Origin: Chloroflexota bacterium
Lineage (GTDB): Bacteria; Chloroflexota; Dehalococcoidia; Dehalococcoidales; UBA2162
DNA length: 64,000 nucleotides
Assembly: GCA_016190895.1 (NCBI GenBank)
Contig: JACPPR010000008.1
Span: 3,335-67,334, forward strand
Direction: 5' to 3'
A program made the translations under genes and the position numbers. The notes beneath the pieces are model-generated. The model was not told where the DNA came from, searched no databases, and saw only the letters and a program-made list of their open reading frames with translations. This document shows, in pieces, positions 1 through 9,230 of the stretch. Numbering within the stretch: the first letter of the stretch is position 1; each line of letters opens with the position of its first letter.

Positions 1-185
1 TCTACTAGGTACTTGACGCCGGTAGTCATAATCTTCACCCCCGTAAACTGTTTGTATATTATAGGCACTTAAGGTAGCTAATAATCAAATGCTCCCTGCC
101 AGCATACGTATTCACCCCTACCCTCCGCCGATTAGCCAGTATGGGGGATTGCCAAGAATCAGTAGAAATACTTAGCGTAGAGGGC

Positions 186-215
186 TTGACTCTGAAGCGG
201 ACTTGGTGCTACACT
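186..215 (+). promoter_or_regulatory. Candidate sigma70-type promoter for the stand-alone 5S rRNA
   Basis: TTGACT (186-191), 18-nt spacer, TACACT (210-215), about 65 nt upstream of the 5S body. Confidence 0.35.
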
Positions 216-280
216 ACAACTATAAGCCTGAATCCAGTAAGGCAGAACTTCTAAACCTGCTAAAACGAATAGGTGAACGT

Positions 281-402
281 CCTCTGGTGGTTAGAGCGGG
301 GTGGACCCACCCGTTCCCTTCCCGAACACGGAAGTGAAACGCCCCAGCGCCGAGGATACTGAGGGAGCAATCCCTTGTGGAAAATAAGCCACTGCCAGGG
401 GA
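281..402 (+). rRNA. rrf: 5S ribosomal RNA
   Basis: Contains CCCGTTCCC..CCGAACACGGAAGT.AA.C....AGCGCCGA.GATACT, the universal 5S loop B/C and helix III-IV core. The ends CCTCTGGTGG / CCACTGCCAGGGG can pair as helix I. Length about 120 nt. Confidence 0.85.
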
Positions 403-421
403 CTTCACCAAGCAACTCATC

Positions 422-454
422 AGGCTGACCGCTTTCTCATCTATCAGCCTTTTG
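422..454 (+). terminator. Weak hairpin plus T-run after the 5S rRNA
   Basis: AGGCTGA (422-428) pairs with TCAGCCT (444-450), followed by TTTTG. The loop is long, so confidence is low. Confidence 0.3.
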
Positions 455-480
455 AACTTTATCATCAGTTCCCTTATAAT
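452..480 (+). promoter_or_regulatory. Candidate sigma70 promoter of clpC
   Basis: TTGAAC (452-457), 17-nt spacer, TATAAT (475-480). A strong RBS (AAGGAGG) precedes the ATG at 540. Confidence 0.45.
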
Positions 481-539
481 ATAACTATAGGCAACTAAAT
501 ACAGTCGGCTACCTGGGTAGCGATTATTAAGGAGGCAAA

Positions 540-3008
540 ATGCCCAGCCGATTTGAGAAATTTTCCGAACGGGCACGTCGTGTGCTCACCGCAGCTCAAG
601 AAGAGGCTCAAAATCTCAACCACAGTTACATTGGCACCGAGCATATCCTGCTCGGCCTAATCCGCGAGGAAGATGGCATGGCTGCTAAAGTGCTCACCAA
701 CCTCGGTATCAGTCTGCCAAAAGTGCGCTCTGCAGTAGAGTTTATTATCGGCCGTGGTGAGAAACCGGCCGTTGGAGAAATCGGTCTGACCCCCCGGGCA
801 AAGCGGGTTATCGAACTGGCCATAGATGAGGCGCGTCATCTCGGCCACAACTACATCGGCACAGAACACCTTTTGCTCGGTCTATTACATGAAGGTGAAG
901 GAGTCGCTGCCGGCGTTCTGGATAGCTTCGGCATTACTCTGGAGCAGGTCCGCACCGAAGTAACCAACCAGCTCAGCCAGGGCGCCGCTGCCGCTACACG
1001 GGCGCGGCCTGCCCGCACCGCCAGCCGGACTCCCGTGCTCGACCAGTTGAGCACCGACCTGACCGAGGCGGCCCGGGCTGGTAAGCTCGACCCGATTATC
1101 GGCCGGGAAAAAGAAATCGAGCGGGTAATTCAAATTCTCAGCCGCCGCACCAAGAACAATCCGGCTCTCATCGGGGAGCCGGGTGTAGGCAAGACGGCCA
1201 TTGTCGAGGGTTTAGCCCAGCGCATCGCTTCCGGCGATGTCCCTGAGACGCTGGAAAACAAGCGGCTGGTTACCCTGGATATTGCCGCTGTGGTCGCCGG
1301 GACGAAATACCGCGGCGAGTTCGAAGAACGACTGAAGAAAATTATCGCTGAAATTAAGACGGCCGCTAACTGCGTCCTCTTTATCGATGAGTTCCACACT
1401 ATTGTCGGGGCGGGCGCCGCTGAGGGGGCGGTCGATGCCGCCAGCATCCTCAAGCCTTCACTGGCTAGAGGGGAACTGCAGTGCATCGGCGCTACTACCC
1501 TGGACGACTACCGCAAGCATGTCGAGCGGGACCCGGCCCTGGTGCGGCGCTTCCAGCCCGTGCTGGTCGAGGAGCCTTCGGCAGACCAGACGCTGGAAAT
1601 TTTACGGGGTATCAAGCACCGCTACGAAGAGCATCATAAGCTGACTATCAGCGATGAAGCGTTAGTCGCAGCGGCCAACTTGGCGGCCAGATACATACCC
1701 GACCGTTTCCTGCCCGATAAGGCAATCGATGTTATCGATGAAGCCTCATCGAGGGTGAGGATTAGACACAGCTCAGTGCCGCCGGCTTTGAAAGAAGAGA
1801 AGCAGACCGAGGATAGCCTGCGTAAAGAGAAAGAGGCGGCCATCGCCAGCCAGAAGTACGACCATGCCGCCGAATTGCGCGAGCAGGAGCTTCAGAGTCT
1901 GGACAAGATAAGGAAGCTGAAAGAAGAGTGGCAGGCTGAGCAGGAGCAAGGCAAACCGGTGGTCACCGCCGAAGACATTGCCCAGGTAATCAGCATGTGG
2001 ACGGGCATTCCCATCGTTCAACTGAGCGGGGACGAAACCAACCGCTTACTTAACATGGAAGAGGCGATACGCAAGCGCATTGTCGGCCAGGATGAAGCCA
2101 TCGATACCATCTCGAAGGCGGTCAGACGGGCACGGGCCGGTCTGAAAGACCCGAGACACCCAATTGGCAACTTCATCTTCATCGGCCCGACCGGCGTCGG
2201 CAAGACCGAGCTAGTCAAAGCGCTGGCCGAGTTTATGTTCGGTAGTGAAGATACTCTCATCAGACTGGATATGTCCGAGTATCAGGAAAGACACACTGTC
2301 TCCCGATTGGTCGGCGCGCCGCCCGGATATGTCGGCTACGACGAGGGCGGTCAACTCACTGAGGCCGTGAGGCGTAAACCGTATAGCTGCATCCTCCTCG
2401 ATGAAATCGAGAAGGCACATCCGGATGTCTTTAACATCCTGCTGCAGATTTTCGATGATGGACACCTGACCGATGCCAAGGGTCGCAGGGTAGATTTCCG
2501 CAACTGCATTATCGTGATGACCAGCAACATCGGCGCCGAGCTTATCAAGAAGGGCAGCGCTATCGGCTTTGCCCAGCGCGCCAACGAGACTAAGGCTCAG
2601 CAGATGGACTACGAGAAGATGAAGGAGAGGCTGCTCGAAGAGCTGAAGAAGGTCTTCCGTCCCGAGTTCCTCAATCGCATCGATGGCGTGTTGGTCTTCC
2701 ACGGTCTGAACAAGGAGCACATCCGGAGGATAGTCGATCTGATGCTGGCTATGGTCAGCAAGGCGCTGGCGGAAAAGAACATGAAGATTGAAGTCACCGA
2801 GGCTGCCAAAGATTTCCTTGGCGAAAAAGGTTACGATGAGGTTTTTGGAGCCAGGCCGCTTCGTCGGGTGATTCAGGATATGGTCGAGGACAAGCTCTCG
2901 GATGCCTTGCTGCGCAGCCAGTTCCGCTCCGGGGACACGGTTATCGTCGACCTGGAAAACGGAGAGATTGTCCTGCATCCGGCAGCCGTGGCAGCTTTGT
3001 CTTCATAG
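540..3008 (+). CDS. clpC: ATP-dependent Clp protease ATP-binding subunit ClpC (class III Hsp100)
   Basis: 822 aa. Two N-terminal Clp_N repeats ([11 protein letters not shown] twice), two Walker A motifs ([16 protein letters not shown]) and a UVR-like linker. Confidence 0.95.
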   Translation: MPSRFEKFSERARRVLTAAQEEAQNLNHSYIGTEHILLGLIREEDGMAAKVLTNLGISLPKVRSAVEFIIGRGEKPAVGEIGLTPRAKRVIELAIDEARHLGHNYIGTEHLLLGLLHEGEGVAAGVLDSFGITLEQVRTEVTNQLSQGAAAATRARPARTASRTPVLDQLSTDLTEAARAGKLDPIIGREKEIERVIQILSRRTKNNPALIGEPGVGKTAIVEGLAQRIASGDVPETLENKRLVTLDIAAVVAGTKYRGEFEERLKKIIAEIKTAANCVLFIDEFHTIVGAGAAEGAVDAASILKPSLARGELQCIGATTLDDYRKHVERDPALVRRFQPVLVEEPSADQTLEILRGIKHRYEEHHKLTISDEALVAAANLAARYIPDRFLPDKAIDVIDEASSRVRIRHSSVPPALKEEKQTEDSLRKEKEAAIASQKYDHAAELREQELQSLDKIRKLKEEWQAEQEQGKPVVTAEDIAQVISMWTGIPIVQLSGDETNRLLNMEEAIRKRIVGQDEAIDTISKAVRRARAGLKDPRHPIGNFIFIGPTGVGKTELVKALAEFMFGSEDTLIRLDMSEYQERHTVSRLVGAPPGYVGYDEGGQLTEAVRRKPYSCILLDEIEKAHPDVFNILLQIFDDGHLTDAKGRRVDFRNCIIVMTSNIGAELIKKGSAIGFAQRANETKAQQMDYEKMKERLLEELKKVFRPEFLNRIDGVLVFHGLNKEHIRRIVDLMLAMVSKALAEKNMKIEVTEAAKDFLGEKGYDEVFGARPLRRVIQDMVEDKLSDALLRSQFRSGDTVIVDLENGEIVLHPAAVAALSS

Positions 3009-3056
3009 TGAGAAACGCTTAGAGTCGCTTCCTGATTGGGATGCCAGGAAACTTGA

Positions 3057-3090
3057 AAGGGCGGGGGCTATAGCCCCCGCCCTTCTGTTA
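3057..3090 (+). terminator. Rho-independent terminator after clpC
   Basis: GGGCGGGGGCT-ATAG-CCCCCGCCC stem followed by TTCTGTT. Confidence 0.6.
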
Positions 3091-3175
3091 TGCTAGAATA
3101 TGAGACGGCAATAGATGAAAATGCCCCGATGAAATCGGGGAGTGAATCGGCACAACTGGTGAAAGGAGCTTAAAA

Positions 3176-3397
3176 TTGGCCAAGGAAGTTATTGAGGTAC
3201 CCATCACGGGTAAGATTCTCAGCGTAGAATGCAAAGTGGGCGAAACGGTTAAAGAGGGAGATGTCATCTGCTACATCGAATCGATGAAGATGGAGAACCC
3301 CATTCTGGCTCCGGTAGCCGGCAAGGTTACCGAGATACAGATTTCCGTCGGGCAGGTTGTCGAGGCCGGCAAACTGCTAGCGACCATCGAATATTAA
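3176..3397 (+). CDS. Stand-alone biotinyl/lipoyl carrier domain protein (BCCP-like)
   Basis: 73 aa with a TTG start behind a GAAAGGAG RBS. Biotinylation motif IESMKMEN and a hammerhead-type beta fold pattern (GDVICYIE...APVAGKV). Confidence 0.8.
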   Translation: MAKEVIEVPITGKILSVECKVGETVKEGDVICYIESMKMENPILAPVAGKVTEIQISVGQVVEAGKLLATIEY

Positions 3398-3425
3398 CCG
3401 CCACCAGACGGCGCAGAACATAAAA

Positions 3426-3455
3426 GAGTCCCGATACAATCGGGACTCTTTTTGT
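3426..3455 (+). terminator. Rho-independent terminator built from a CCCGAT-family hairpin
   Basis: GAGTCCCGAT-ACA-ATCGGGACTC followed by TTTTTG. Confidence 0.65.
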
Positions 3456-3475
3456 GGTCTTTCGTCGTTGCGAGA

Positions 3476-3564
3476 CCCCGATGTATCGGGGCGAAACCCC
3501 TCCCACCCAGATTGCCACGTGGCGGAGTTTACACTGAGCGAAGAGAACGTGCCCTCGCAATGAC
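3476..3564. repeat. Mosaic repeat: CCCCGAT-GT-ATCGGGG hairpin plus an AGATTGCCACG...CTCGCAATGAC module
   Basis: The same modules recur at 7034, 13651, 20041, 45857, 46154 and 57334. Confidence 0.8.
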
Positions 3565-3609
3565 AATGAAATTTTTGCACTTCCCCCAAAAATCGGGTAA
3601 AGTAAAGCC

Positions 3610-5034
3610 ATGCCAAAAGGGGACAAGCCCGTTCGACAAGCTCAGGGTAAAGCCAAGACTGTTTTCGTCTGTAAACAGTGCGGTCATGAAGAGCTGAGGT
3701 GGCTCGGGCGCTGCCCCGGCTGCCAGGAGTGGAACAGCTTCTTCGAGCAGTCCGTGTTGGCTCAGGTTACTACCCGTAAAACGGCTGCGCTGGGCAATCT
3801 GCCCCAGGAGCTTTCTCAGGTATCCACCGAGGCGGCCGACCGCTTTCCGCTGCCTTTGGGTGAGTTCAACCGGGTGCTGGGCGGAGGCATCGTCCCCGGC
3901 TCCCTCGTCCTCATCGGAGGCGACCCCGGCATCGGCAAGTCCACCCTGCTGCTTCAGGTCGCCGCCCTGGTAGCCGAAGCGCCGGGCCGGGTGGTCTATG
4001 TCTCCGGCGAGGAAACCTCGCGCCAGACCAAGCTCAGGGCGGAGCGCCTGGGCATCGCGGGCGTTAATCTTTACCTGCTGGCAGAAACCGACCTGGAGGC
4101 GGTCCTGAGCCAGGCGGAAGGGCTTTCTCCGAACCTGGTAATTATCGATTCCATCCAGGCTGTGCATCTGCCCGAAGTGGATGCCCCCCCGGGCAGCGTC
4201 ACCCAGGTGCGGGAGTGCACCCTGAGGCTGATGCAGTGGGCAAAATCGAGCGACGTGCCGGTTTTCATCATCGGACATGTCACCAAGGACGGTGCCATCG
4301 CCGGGCCGAAGACCCTGGAGCACATCGTCGACGCCGTGCTTTACCTGGAAGGTGAGTCTTTCAGCGCCTACCGGCTGCTGCGCTGCGTTAAAAACCGTTT
4401 CGGCTCTACTAATGAGATAGGCATTTTCGAGATGAAGGGGCAGGGGCTGGTGGAGGTGGAGAACCCTTCGATGGCATTTCTATCCCAGCGCCCGAGTGAA
4501 GCCATCGGCTCAGTCGTGGTACCGGTGCTGGAAGGCAGCCGCCCCCTCCTGGTCGAGGTTCAAGCCCTGACCAACCCCACCGCCTTCGGCTTGCCCCGCC
4601 GCACCGCCAACGGCGTGGATTTCAACCGCCTGCTGCTGATTACCGCTGTGCTCACCCGCCGCCTCGGCCTCAAGCTGGGCACGCAGGACATTATCGTGAA
4701 CGTTACCGGCGGGCTAAAGCTCGAGGAGCCGGCGGCCGATTTGGGAATCGCCCTGGCAATTGCTTCCAGCTTCCGCGACGCTCCTATCGACCCGGCCTTG
4801 GCGGTGGTGGGGGAGGTGGGGCTGAGCGGGGAGCTAAGGGCTGTCCCCCAGCTTGAAAGGCGTGTCAACGAGGCCGCCCGCCTCGGCTTCAAACGTTGCC
4901 TCGTTCCCAAAACCGGCAGCAGCATCATCGTCCCCGAAGGCATAAAGGTTATCGCCGCGGGAACTCTGCGTGAGGCGGTAGGGGTGGGGTTACTTCGAGA
5001 CAAGTCAAGGAGCGAAACAGAACAAGAGTCATAG
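3610..5034 (+). CDS. radA: DNA repair protein RadA/Sms
   Basis: 474 aa. N-terminal zinc ribbon (CKQCGHE...CPGCQEW), Walker A GDPGIGKST, KNRFG motif and a Lon-like C-terminal domain. Confidence 0.95.
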   Translation: MPKGDKPVRQAQGKAKTVFVCKQCGHEELRWLGRCPGCQEWNSFFEQSVLAQVTTRKTAALGNLPQELSQVSTEAADRFPLPLGEFNRVLGGGIVPGSLVLIGGDPGIGKSTLLLQVAALVAEAPGRVVYVSGEETSRQTKLRAERLGIAGVNLYLLAETDLEAVLSQAEGLSPNLVIIDSIQAVHLPEVDAPPGSVTQVRECTLRLMQWAKSSDVPVFIIGHVTKDGAIAGPKTLEHIVDAVLYLEGESFSAYRLLRCVKNRFGSTNEIGIFEMKGQGLVEVENPSMAFLSQRPSEAIGSVVVPVLEGSRPLLVEVQALTNPTAFGLPRRTANGVDFNRLLLITAVLTRRLGLKLGTQDIIVNVTGGLKLEEPAADLGIALAIASSFRDAPIDPALAVVGEVGLSGELRAVPQLERRVNEAARLGFKRCLVPKTGSSIIVPEGIKVIAAGTLREAVGVGLLRDKSRSETEQES

Positions 5035-5109
5035 GGAAAAGAGGATATGATGACACTAAGAGAGTTCATGAATAATGCGAGGTCATATACTTGACGCAAG
5101 TGTGATAAA

Positions 5110-5832
5110 ATGGGGGCCATGGGTTTCAAAAAAGAAATCAGATTCTTTTGTTCGTATATTGGCAATGTCTTTAGGACGGCATGGAAATCGTCTTTTAGTG
5201 TTTCTCAATACCTACTTAGTATTGTCTTTCTCATCGTTTACCTCATTTCAAAGGGCATCAGATTTTTCAAACCAAACCTGTCCGTGTCACCATTGGAATC
5301 AATTATGGAAATAAATTGGTGGCAAGCATCACTAATCGCATTGGGCGTAGTGGCATTAATGCGCCTGTCTCTTGCCCCTTATTGGATGTATAGGAAAGTA
5401 GAGAAAGATCGTAGTGAGGCTCGTGCTTCGTTGCTGACAAAACCTAAATCAGTATTCTTGGCCAATAAGGATACTCTGTTGAGGACTATTGCTGAGGCAA
5501 AATTGGCGGCTGTCGATGAGGCCGAGAATATTGAAAACATAAAACTTAAGAAAACAGGAAACGTGGTCTTTCCAGATGCAGATACGTGGGATAAACTAGG
5601 AAGAATCCAACAACGATTCGATTGGGCCTGTGAATCATTTGAAAGAGAGGCATTTGCGACTAACAGTGTCTTTGAGCCGATCTTAAAGCCACTATTAACG
5701 CATATACGATATGCTACTGAAGTAAGTCCTCCCACTGTCATTGACTACAAAACCAAACTGGAAGAAATGGTTGCGATTACCCGAAATAAGATTGAGGAAC
5801 TTACCCAACCAATTCCTGATAAGGAAGATTAG
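5110..5832 (+). CDS. Hypothetical membrane-anchored protein in an AT-richer segment
   Basis: 240-aa ORF, or 175 aa from the ATG at 5305. It has hydrophobic N-terminal segment(s) and a charged helical C-terminal part. I recognise no family. Confidence 0.5.
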   Translation: MGAMGFKKEIRFFCSYIGNVFRTAWKSSFSVSQYLLSIVFLIVYLISKGIRFFKPNLSVSPLESIMEINWWQASLIALGVVALMRLSLAPYWMYRKVEKDRSEARASLLTKPKSVFLANKDTLLRTIAEAKLAAVDEAENIENIKLKKTGNVVFPDADTWDKLGRIQQRFDWACESFEREAFATNSVFEPILKPLLTHIRYATEVSPPTVIDYKTKLEEMVAITRNKIEELTQPIPDKED

Positions 5833-5942
5833 CACCCACCACCAACGACCCCGGAGCGGTGGGTTTGCTTCGCTCCACCCGCCCTACGGCAACTGTCAGC
5901 CCACCCTTGCCGACTCTCTTACAAAAGGGGCAATCTCGCGAT

Positions 5943-6578
5943 TTACCTTACTGGCTGATACGCGGCCAGGGGCGTGAGAGAGTACGCCCTGTACTGGTAC
6001 GACCCAGTCAGCGTAACCTCGGTCGGATATCCGAACTTTCTGTCGTAGCCGATAACGCCCGTGAACAACTTGAAGGGCGACCGGTGCTTAATTCCCAACG
6101 CCTGGCGGGCTTTGGCAAAGAGCTCCGGCACGGTATCCACATCGTCCATCTGAATATCGGCCTGCGTGAATGAGTTCCGTTCTATCTGTTTCGAGGCGAC
6201 CGCCCCGTTTTCCACAACCACCTCAGCGGTCGAGCTATGCTGTTTCCCACCCACCCAGACGTAGCCTATCAGCATGAACTGGTAGCTGGAGACGCCCTTG
6301 CTCGCCCAGACGGCCTCGTTTTGCTTCAGCTCTTCCTGCGCCCGCGAGTACCACGCCTCACCGGTGACCCACTGGAAGACAAACAACAATAGCGCCAGTA
6401 TGCCGAACGCGACCAGCGCGTTCCGCCATCTTTGCGCTGGAGTCGGTTCCTTTGTTATGGGTGGGGCATCGATGCCAAGTTCTGCGTAACGCTTTTCGTC
6501 CATATCTTTTGACCATCGGGCCACTATGACCGGGCGGGTCTGAGACCCGCCCCTACTTTTTATCTCTCCCTCTCCCAC
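5943..6578 (-). CDS. Hypothetical membrane-anchored protein (possibly DUF6174-like)
   Basis: 211-aa ORF with an alternative start at 6503. One TM helix ([15 protein letters not shown]) and a C-terminal FGYPTEV motif. Overlaps the queF 3' end if the long start is used. Confidence 0.55.
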   Translation of the reverse strand: MGEGEIKSRGGSQTRPVIVARWSKDMDEKRYAELGIDAPPITKEPTPAQRWRNALVAFGILALLLFVFQWVTGEAWYSRAQEELKQNEAVWASKGVSSYQFMLIGYVWVGGKQHSSTAEVVVENGAVASKQIERNSFTQADIQMDDVDTVPELFAKARQALGIKHRSPFKLFTGVIGYDRKFGYPTEVTLTGSYQYRAYSLTPLAAYQPVR

Positions 6579-6964
6579 CCCACCACCGCCCGGGTCTTGA
6601 TGCCGCCGCGCTCCCGGTATTCCGCCTCTACCGTCATCGACACGGGCTGTAGTAAGTCCACGAGGTCTTTCAGGATGCGGTTGACGGCGTGCTCCTGCAA
6701 AATGCCGACGTTGCGGTAGGAGGTCAGGTAGTACTTCAGGGACTTTAGCTCAACGAGAGAATCTTCGGGGACATACTTGATTGTAAGCCGAGCGAAATCC
6801 GGCAAGCCCGTCCAGGGGCAGACGGCGGTGAACTCGTCCGTCTCGTAGACCACCTCGGTCGCCGAGCCGGGGTAGTCAAAAGGAATCGCCTCCAGCACCG
6901 CCACATCTATAGCGTCTTCTTTTTCGACGTCAAAGCGTTTTGAAGCGTATTTATCGGTTGTCAT
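6560..6964 (-). CDS. queF: NADPH-dependent 7-cyano-7-deazaguanine (preQ0) reductase QueF, type I
   Basis: 134 aa. Catalytic Cys context [13 protein letters not shown] and the QueF motif E(L)KSLKYYL. Confidence 0.9.
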   Translation of the reverse strand: MTTDKYASKRFDVEKEDAIDVAVLEAIPFDYPGSATEVVYETDEFTAVCPWTGLPDFARLTIKYVPEDSLVELKSLKYYLTSYRNVGILQEHAVNRILKDLVDLLQPVSMTVEAEYRERGGIKTRAVVGWERER

Positions 6965-6993
6965 TGTGCCCCTCCCATCAAAGACTTCTGCCC

Positions 6994-7086
6994 GTCATTC
7001 TGGCGAAGGCCAGAATCCAGGTGGTGAGATGTTCCCCACCCAGATTGCCACGCCTTCCGCCTGCGGGCGGAATGGCTCGCAATGAC
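6994..7086. repeat. Mosaic repeat: GTCATTCTGGCGAAGGCCAGAATCC hairpin plus the 53-nt CCCCACCCAGATTGC...CTCGCAATGAC module
   Basis: The 7034-7086 part is about 94% identical to 45857-45910. Confidence 0.8.
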
Positions 7087-7090
7087 AGTC

Positions 7091-7178
7091 TTGTGACTTG
7101 GCTTTAACTTTTGAGCTATGGCTTTGACTTTTGACATGAGTTTTGATGTTGTTTGGGATTTAGGGTTTAGAATTTAGT
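7091..7178. repeat. AT-rich degenerate TTTGA(C/G)-type short tandem array
   Basis: GACTTGGCTTTAACTTTTGAGCTATGGCTTTGACTTTTGACATGAGTTTTGATG. Related arrays lie at 7975-8005, 31994-32108 and 48928-48982. Overlaps the last codons of the hydrolase gene. Confidence 0.65.
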
Positions 7179-7951
7179 ATTTCCTTCTTCAAAATCTCAA
7201 AAAACTTGTCCCTGGCATACTCCTCCAGCCAGGGGTAGTGACCGCAGTTATTCAGGAGGATGAAGCGAAAGTCCTTCACCACGCGGAAGAGAGGCTCTTT
7301 GACACCCTCGGCGGGGTGCGCATCATAATCACCGTGAATGGCTACCACCGGGCACTTTATCCGCTTGCCAAGCTCCAGAAGCTCCCCGCTTGCTCTTAGC
7401 TTCTTGGCTCCCTCCCAGACGCTTTTATTAATATCATACTGGACTTCCAGCGCCTCGATGTCAAGGGATAGCGGCTCGTAGGAATCGGCCTTCGCCCACA
7501 ACTCAAACAGGCGGGCACGGGCGTAATCTTTATCCGTATCCGGCTCTTCCAGACTGTCTATTAGCTCGATTGCCTCGACTCTTTCATCTTCGTCGAGATG
7601 CATAAAGCGGGTCGCTTCAATCTCTGCCGCGTACTCCTCTTCGAAGACGCCGCTCCCCACCAGCACCAGCTTCTTGACCAGCGAAGGAAAGCGAGCGGTC
7701 ACGATGAAGCTGAGCATAGCTCCCCAGGAGTGGCCAATCAGGGTAAGTGGTAAGTCTCCATTCTCCTCTAGAACAGCTCTAAGCTCCTGGGCCTGCCCCT
7801 CACAGGTATCCGCCGTCTGAAGAGGCTCAAGAACACCCCAGGCGGAGGCAAGCTCCCGAGCGACCGGCGCCACGCTTCCCGGCGCCCCCGGCCCTCCGTG
7901 AACGACAGCCACACTAAAAGGCTTCTTGCCGTATTTCCTCAGATTATTCAT
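7160..7951 (-). CDS. Alpha/beta-fold hydrolase
   Basis: 263 aa. HGGPG oxyanion motif, nucleophile elbow GHSWGA, C-terminal His in NCGHYPW. Confidence 0.8.
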   Translation of the reverse strand: MNNLRKYGKKPFSVAVVHGGPGAPGSVAPVARELASAWGVLEPLQTADTCEGQAQELRAVLEENGDLPLTLIGHSWGAMLSFIVTARFPSLVKKLVLVGSGVFEEEYAAEIEATRFMHLDEDERVEAIELIDSLEEPDTDKDYARARLFELWAKADSYEPLSLDIEALEVQYDINKSVWEGAKKLRASGELLELGKRIKCPVVAIHGDYDAHPAEGVKEPLFRVVKDFRFILLNNCGHYPWLEEYARDKFFEILKKEILNSKP

Positions 7952-7974
7952 ATCGTTAATAAGATTCTAACATA

Positions 7975-8122
7975 AATGCCCAAAGTCAAAAACCAAGCGT
8001 CAATATAGACTACGGATTCAAATCCCCCTTAGTCCCCCTTTACGAAAGGGGGATACCTGCAGCGAAAGAAGCAAACGGCAAAGGCATCTCCCTTTGTAAA
8101 GGGAGATTGAGAGAGATTTTGA
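7975..8122. repeat. Composite repeat: AT-rich array plus paired TCCCCCTTT-N-AAAGGGGGA and TCTCCCTTT-N-AAAGGGAGA hairpins
   Basis: Reverse-complement arrangement of the composites at 15513-15650 and 34567-34697. Confidence 0.8.
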
Positions 8123-8194
8123 ACTGGAGCGGCGGTGCGGTGTTGATTAAGAACTGAATTCCGTGTAAACTCAATTGAATCTCATCAAGGGGAA

Positions 8195-8389
8195 GTGACT
8201 TTGAGACTTGTCATTCATATCATTACTGGCATCATTATCGCCACCATGATTGGTGGTATTCTGCTGGTGCTGACTCTGCCAAGGTCCGGCGATTTTCGGA
8301 TGGCGCTTATAGCCTGGGGGATCTTGCTGGCTATCAGCGGCGCCATTATAGGCGCCATCATCGGGGCGAAAAGGCGGACGAAGACCTAA
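8195..8389 (+). CDS. Small two-TM membrane protein, translationally adjacent to ispD
   Basis: 64 aa with a GTG start after AAGGGGA. Two hydrophobic helices and a basic tail. The stop lies 1 nt before the ispD ATG. Confidence 0.5.
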   Translation: MTLRLVIHIITGIIIATMIGGILLVLTLPRSGDFRMALIAWGILLAISGAIIGAIIGAKRRTKT

Positions 8390-8390
8390 G

Positions 8391-9077
8391 ATGTTTGAGG
8401 GAACCAGGGTAGGCGCCGTGATTGCTGCCGCCGGGTCGAGTCATCGGATGATTGGTTTGGATAAACTATTCGCTCCGTTGGGCGATAAACCGGTTCTAGC
8501 CCGCGTAATTGATACCTTTCAGAAATGCCCGGCCATCGACCAGATTGTGATTGTCCTCAGCCAGGTGAACCTGAAAGAGGGCGAGCAACTGGCAGCGGGG
8601 CAGCAGTGGGCAAAGGTGACCGACATCGTTCCTGGTGGCGAAAAACGCCAGGACTCGGTCGTCGCCGGTCTGAACCGGCTCGAGGAGTGCCGCTGGGCGG
8701 TCATTCACGACGGCGCGCGGCCGCTTGTCACCAACGACCTGATTGAGCAAGGTTTGGAAGAGGCTGAGGAGACAGGCGCCGCCATTGCAGCCGTGCCGGT
8801 TACCGATACCATTAAGATTGCCGGAGAAAACCACATCGTCCAGGGCACGCCGCCCCGGCAGAGCTTCTGGGCGGTGCAGACCCCACAGGTCTTCCGGTTT
8901 GATATCATTACGGAGGCTTACCGCCAGCTAAAATACGAGGTCACCGATGACTCCCGGGCGGTGGAGCAGCTAGGCAATAAGGTCAAGATTTATACGGGCT
9001 CTTACATCAACATCAAGATAACCAACCCTGACGACCTGGCCTTCGCCGCGGTGCTGTGGGAGAAATATGGAAAATAG
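8391..9077 (+). CDS. ispD: 2-C-methyl-D-erythritol 4-phosphate cytidylyltransferase
   Basis: 228 aa. AAGSSHRM P-loop-like motif and an IHDGARP motif. Confidence 0.9.
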   Translation: MFEGTRVGAVIAAAGSSHRMIGLDKLFAPLGDKPVLARVIDTFQKCPAIDQIVIVLSQVNLKEGEQLAAGQQWAKVTDIVPGGEKRQDSVVAGLNRLEECRWAVIHDGARPLVTNDLIEQGLEEAEETGAAIAAVPVTDTIKIAGENHIVQGTPPRQSFWAVQTPQVFRFDIITEAYRQLKYEVTDDSRAVEQLGNKVKIYTGSYINIKITNPDDLAFAAVLWEKYGK

Positions 9078-9078
9078 T

Positions 9079-9184
9079 TACCCCTCACCCTTAATCCCTC
9101 TCCCGCAAGGGGAGAGGGAAATGGGAGTTAGGGGCGCTTCGACCTCACCCTTTGACCCCCTCTCCGCTTGCGGAGAGGGGGAAC
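9079..9184. repeat. Two CCTCTCC-N-GGAGAGG hairpin modules with CCTCACCC flanks, inserted between ispD and ispF
   Basis: CCCTCTCCCGCAAGGGGAGAGGG and CCCCCTCTCCGCTTGCGGAGAGGGGG. The family recurs at 11606, 15700, 23901 and 50556. Confidence 0.8.
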
Positions 9185-9230
9185 AGTCATGCCCGGCGCA
9201 CAAGGCTCTGGCAGGCAGGGGGACAGGTTG

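Noticed and set aside
1-185. Possible 3' end of a 23S rRNA gene upstream of the 5S
   Set aside because: No recognisable 23S domain VI / 3'-terminal sequence blocks. The sequence looks like ordinary spacer, and a promoter-like motif follows it.
220-576. 118-aa minus-strand ORF
   Set aside because: It lies antisense across the 5S rRNA gene and the clpC promoter/RBS, with no RBS. It is an artefact.
3176-3397. Orphan biotinyl carrier protein as part of a novel system with clpC/radA
   Set aside because: Small stand-alone biotinyl domains are common subunits of decarboxylase/carboxylase complexes encoded elsewhere. It has its own RBS and terminator, and there is no functional link to its neighbours.
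3529-4323. 264-aa minus-strand ORF, and many similar long antisense ORFs (e.g. 2211-2978, 12228-12722, 16120-16626, 16701-17549, 18391-18885, 39784-40374, 40378-40956, 41660-42139, 45008-45622, 57404-58030, 58506-59126)
   Set aside because: All lie antisense to confidently identified conserved genes. They have Arg/Ala/Gly/Pro-rich compositions typical of GC-rich antisense frames, with no RBS and no recognisable motifs.
8011-8030. GGATTCAAATCCCCC resembling a tRNA T-arm
   Set aside because: There is no acceptor, D or anticodon arm around it. The motif is the end of the composite repeat, and its inverse GGGGGATTTGAAACC occurs at 15634.
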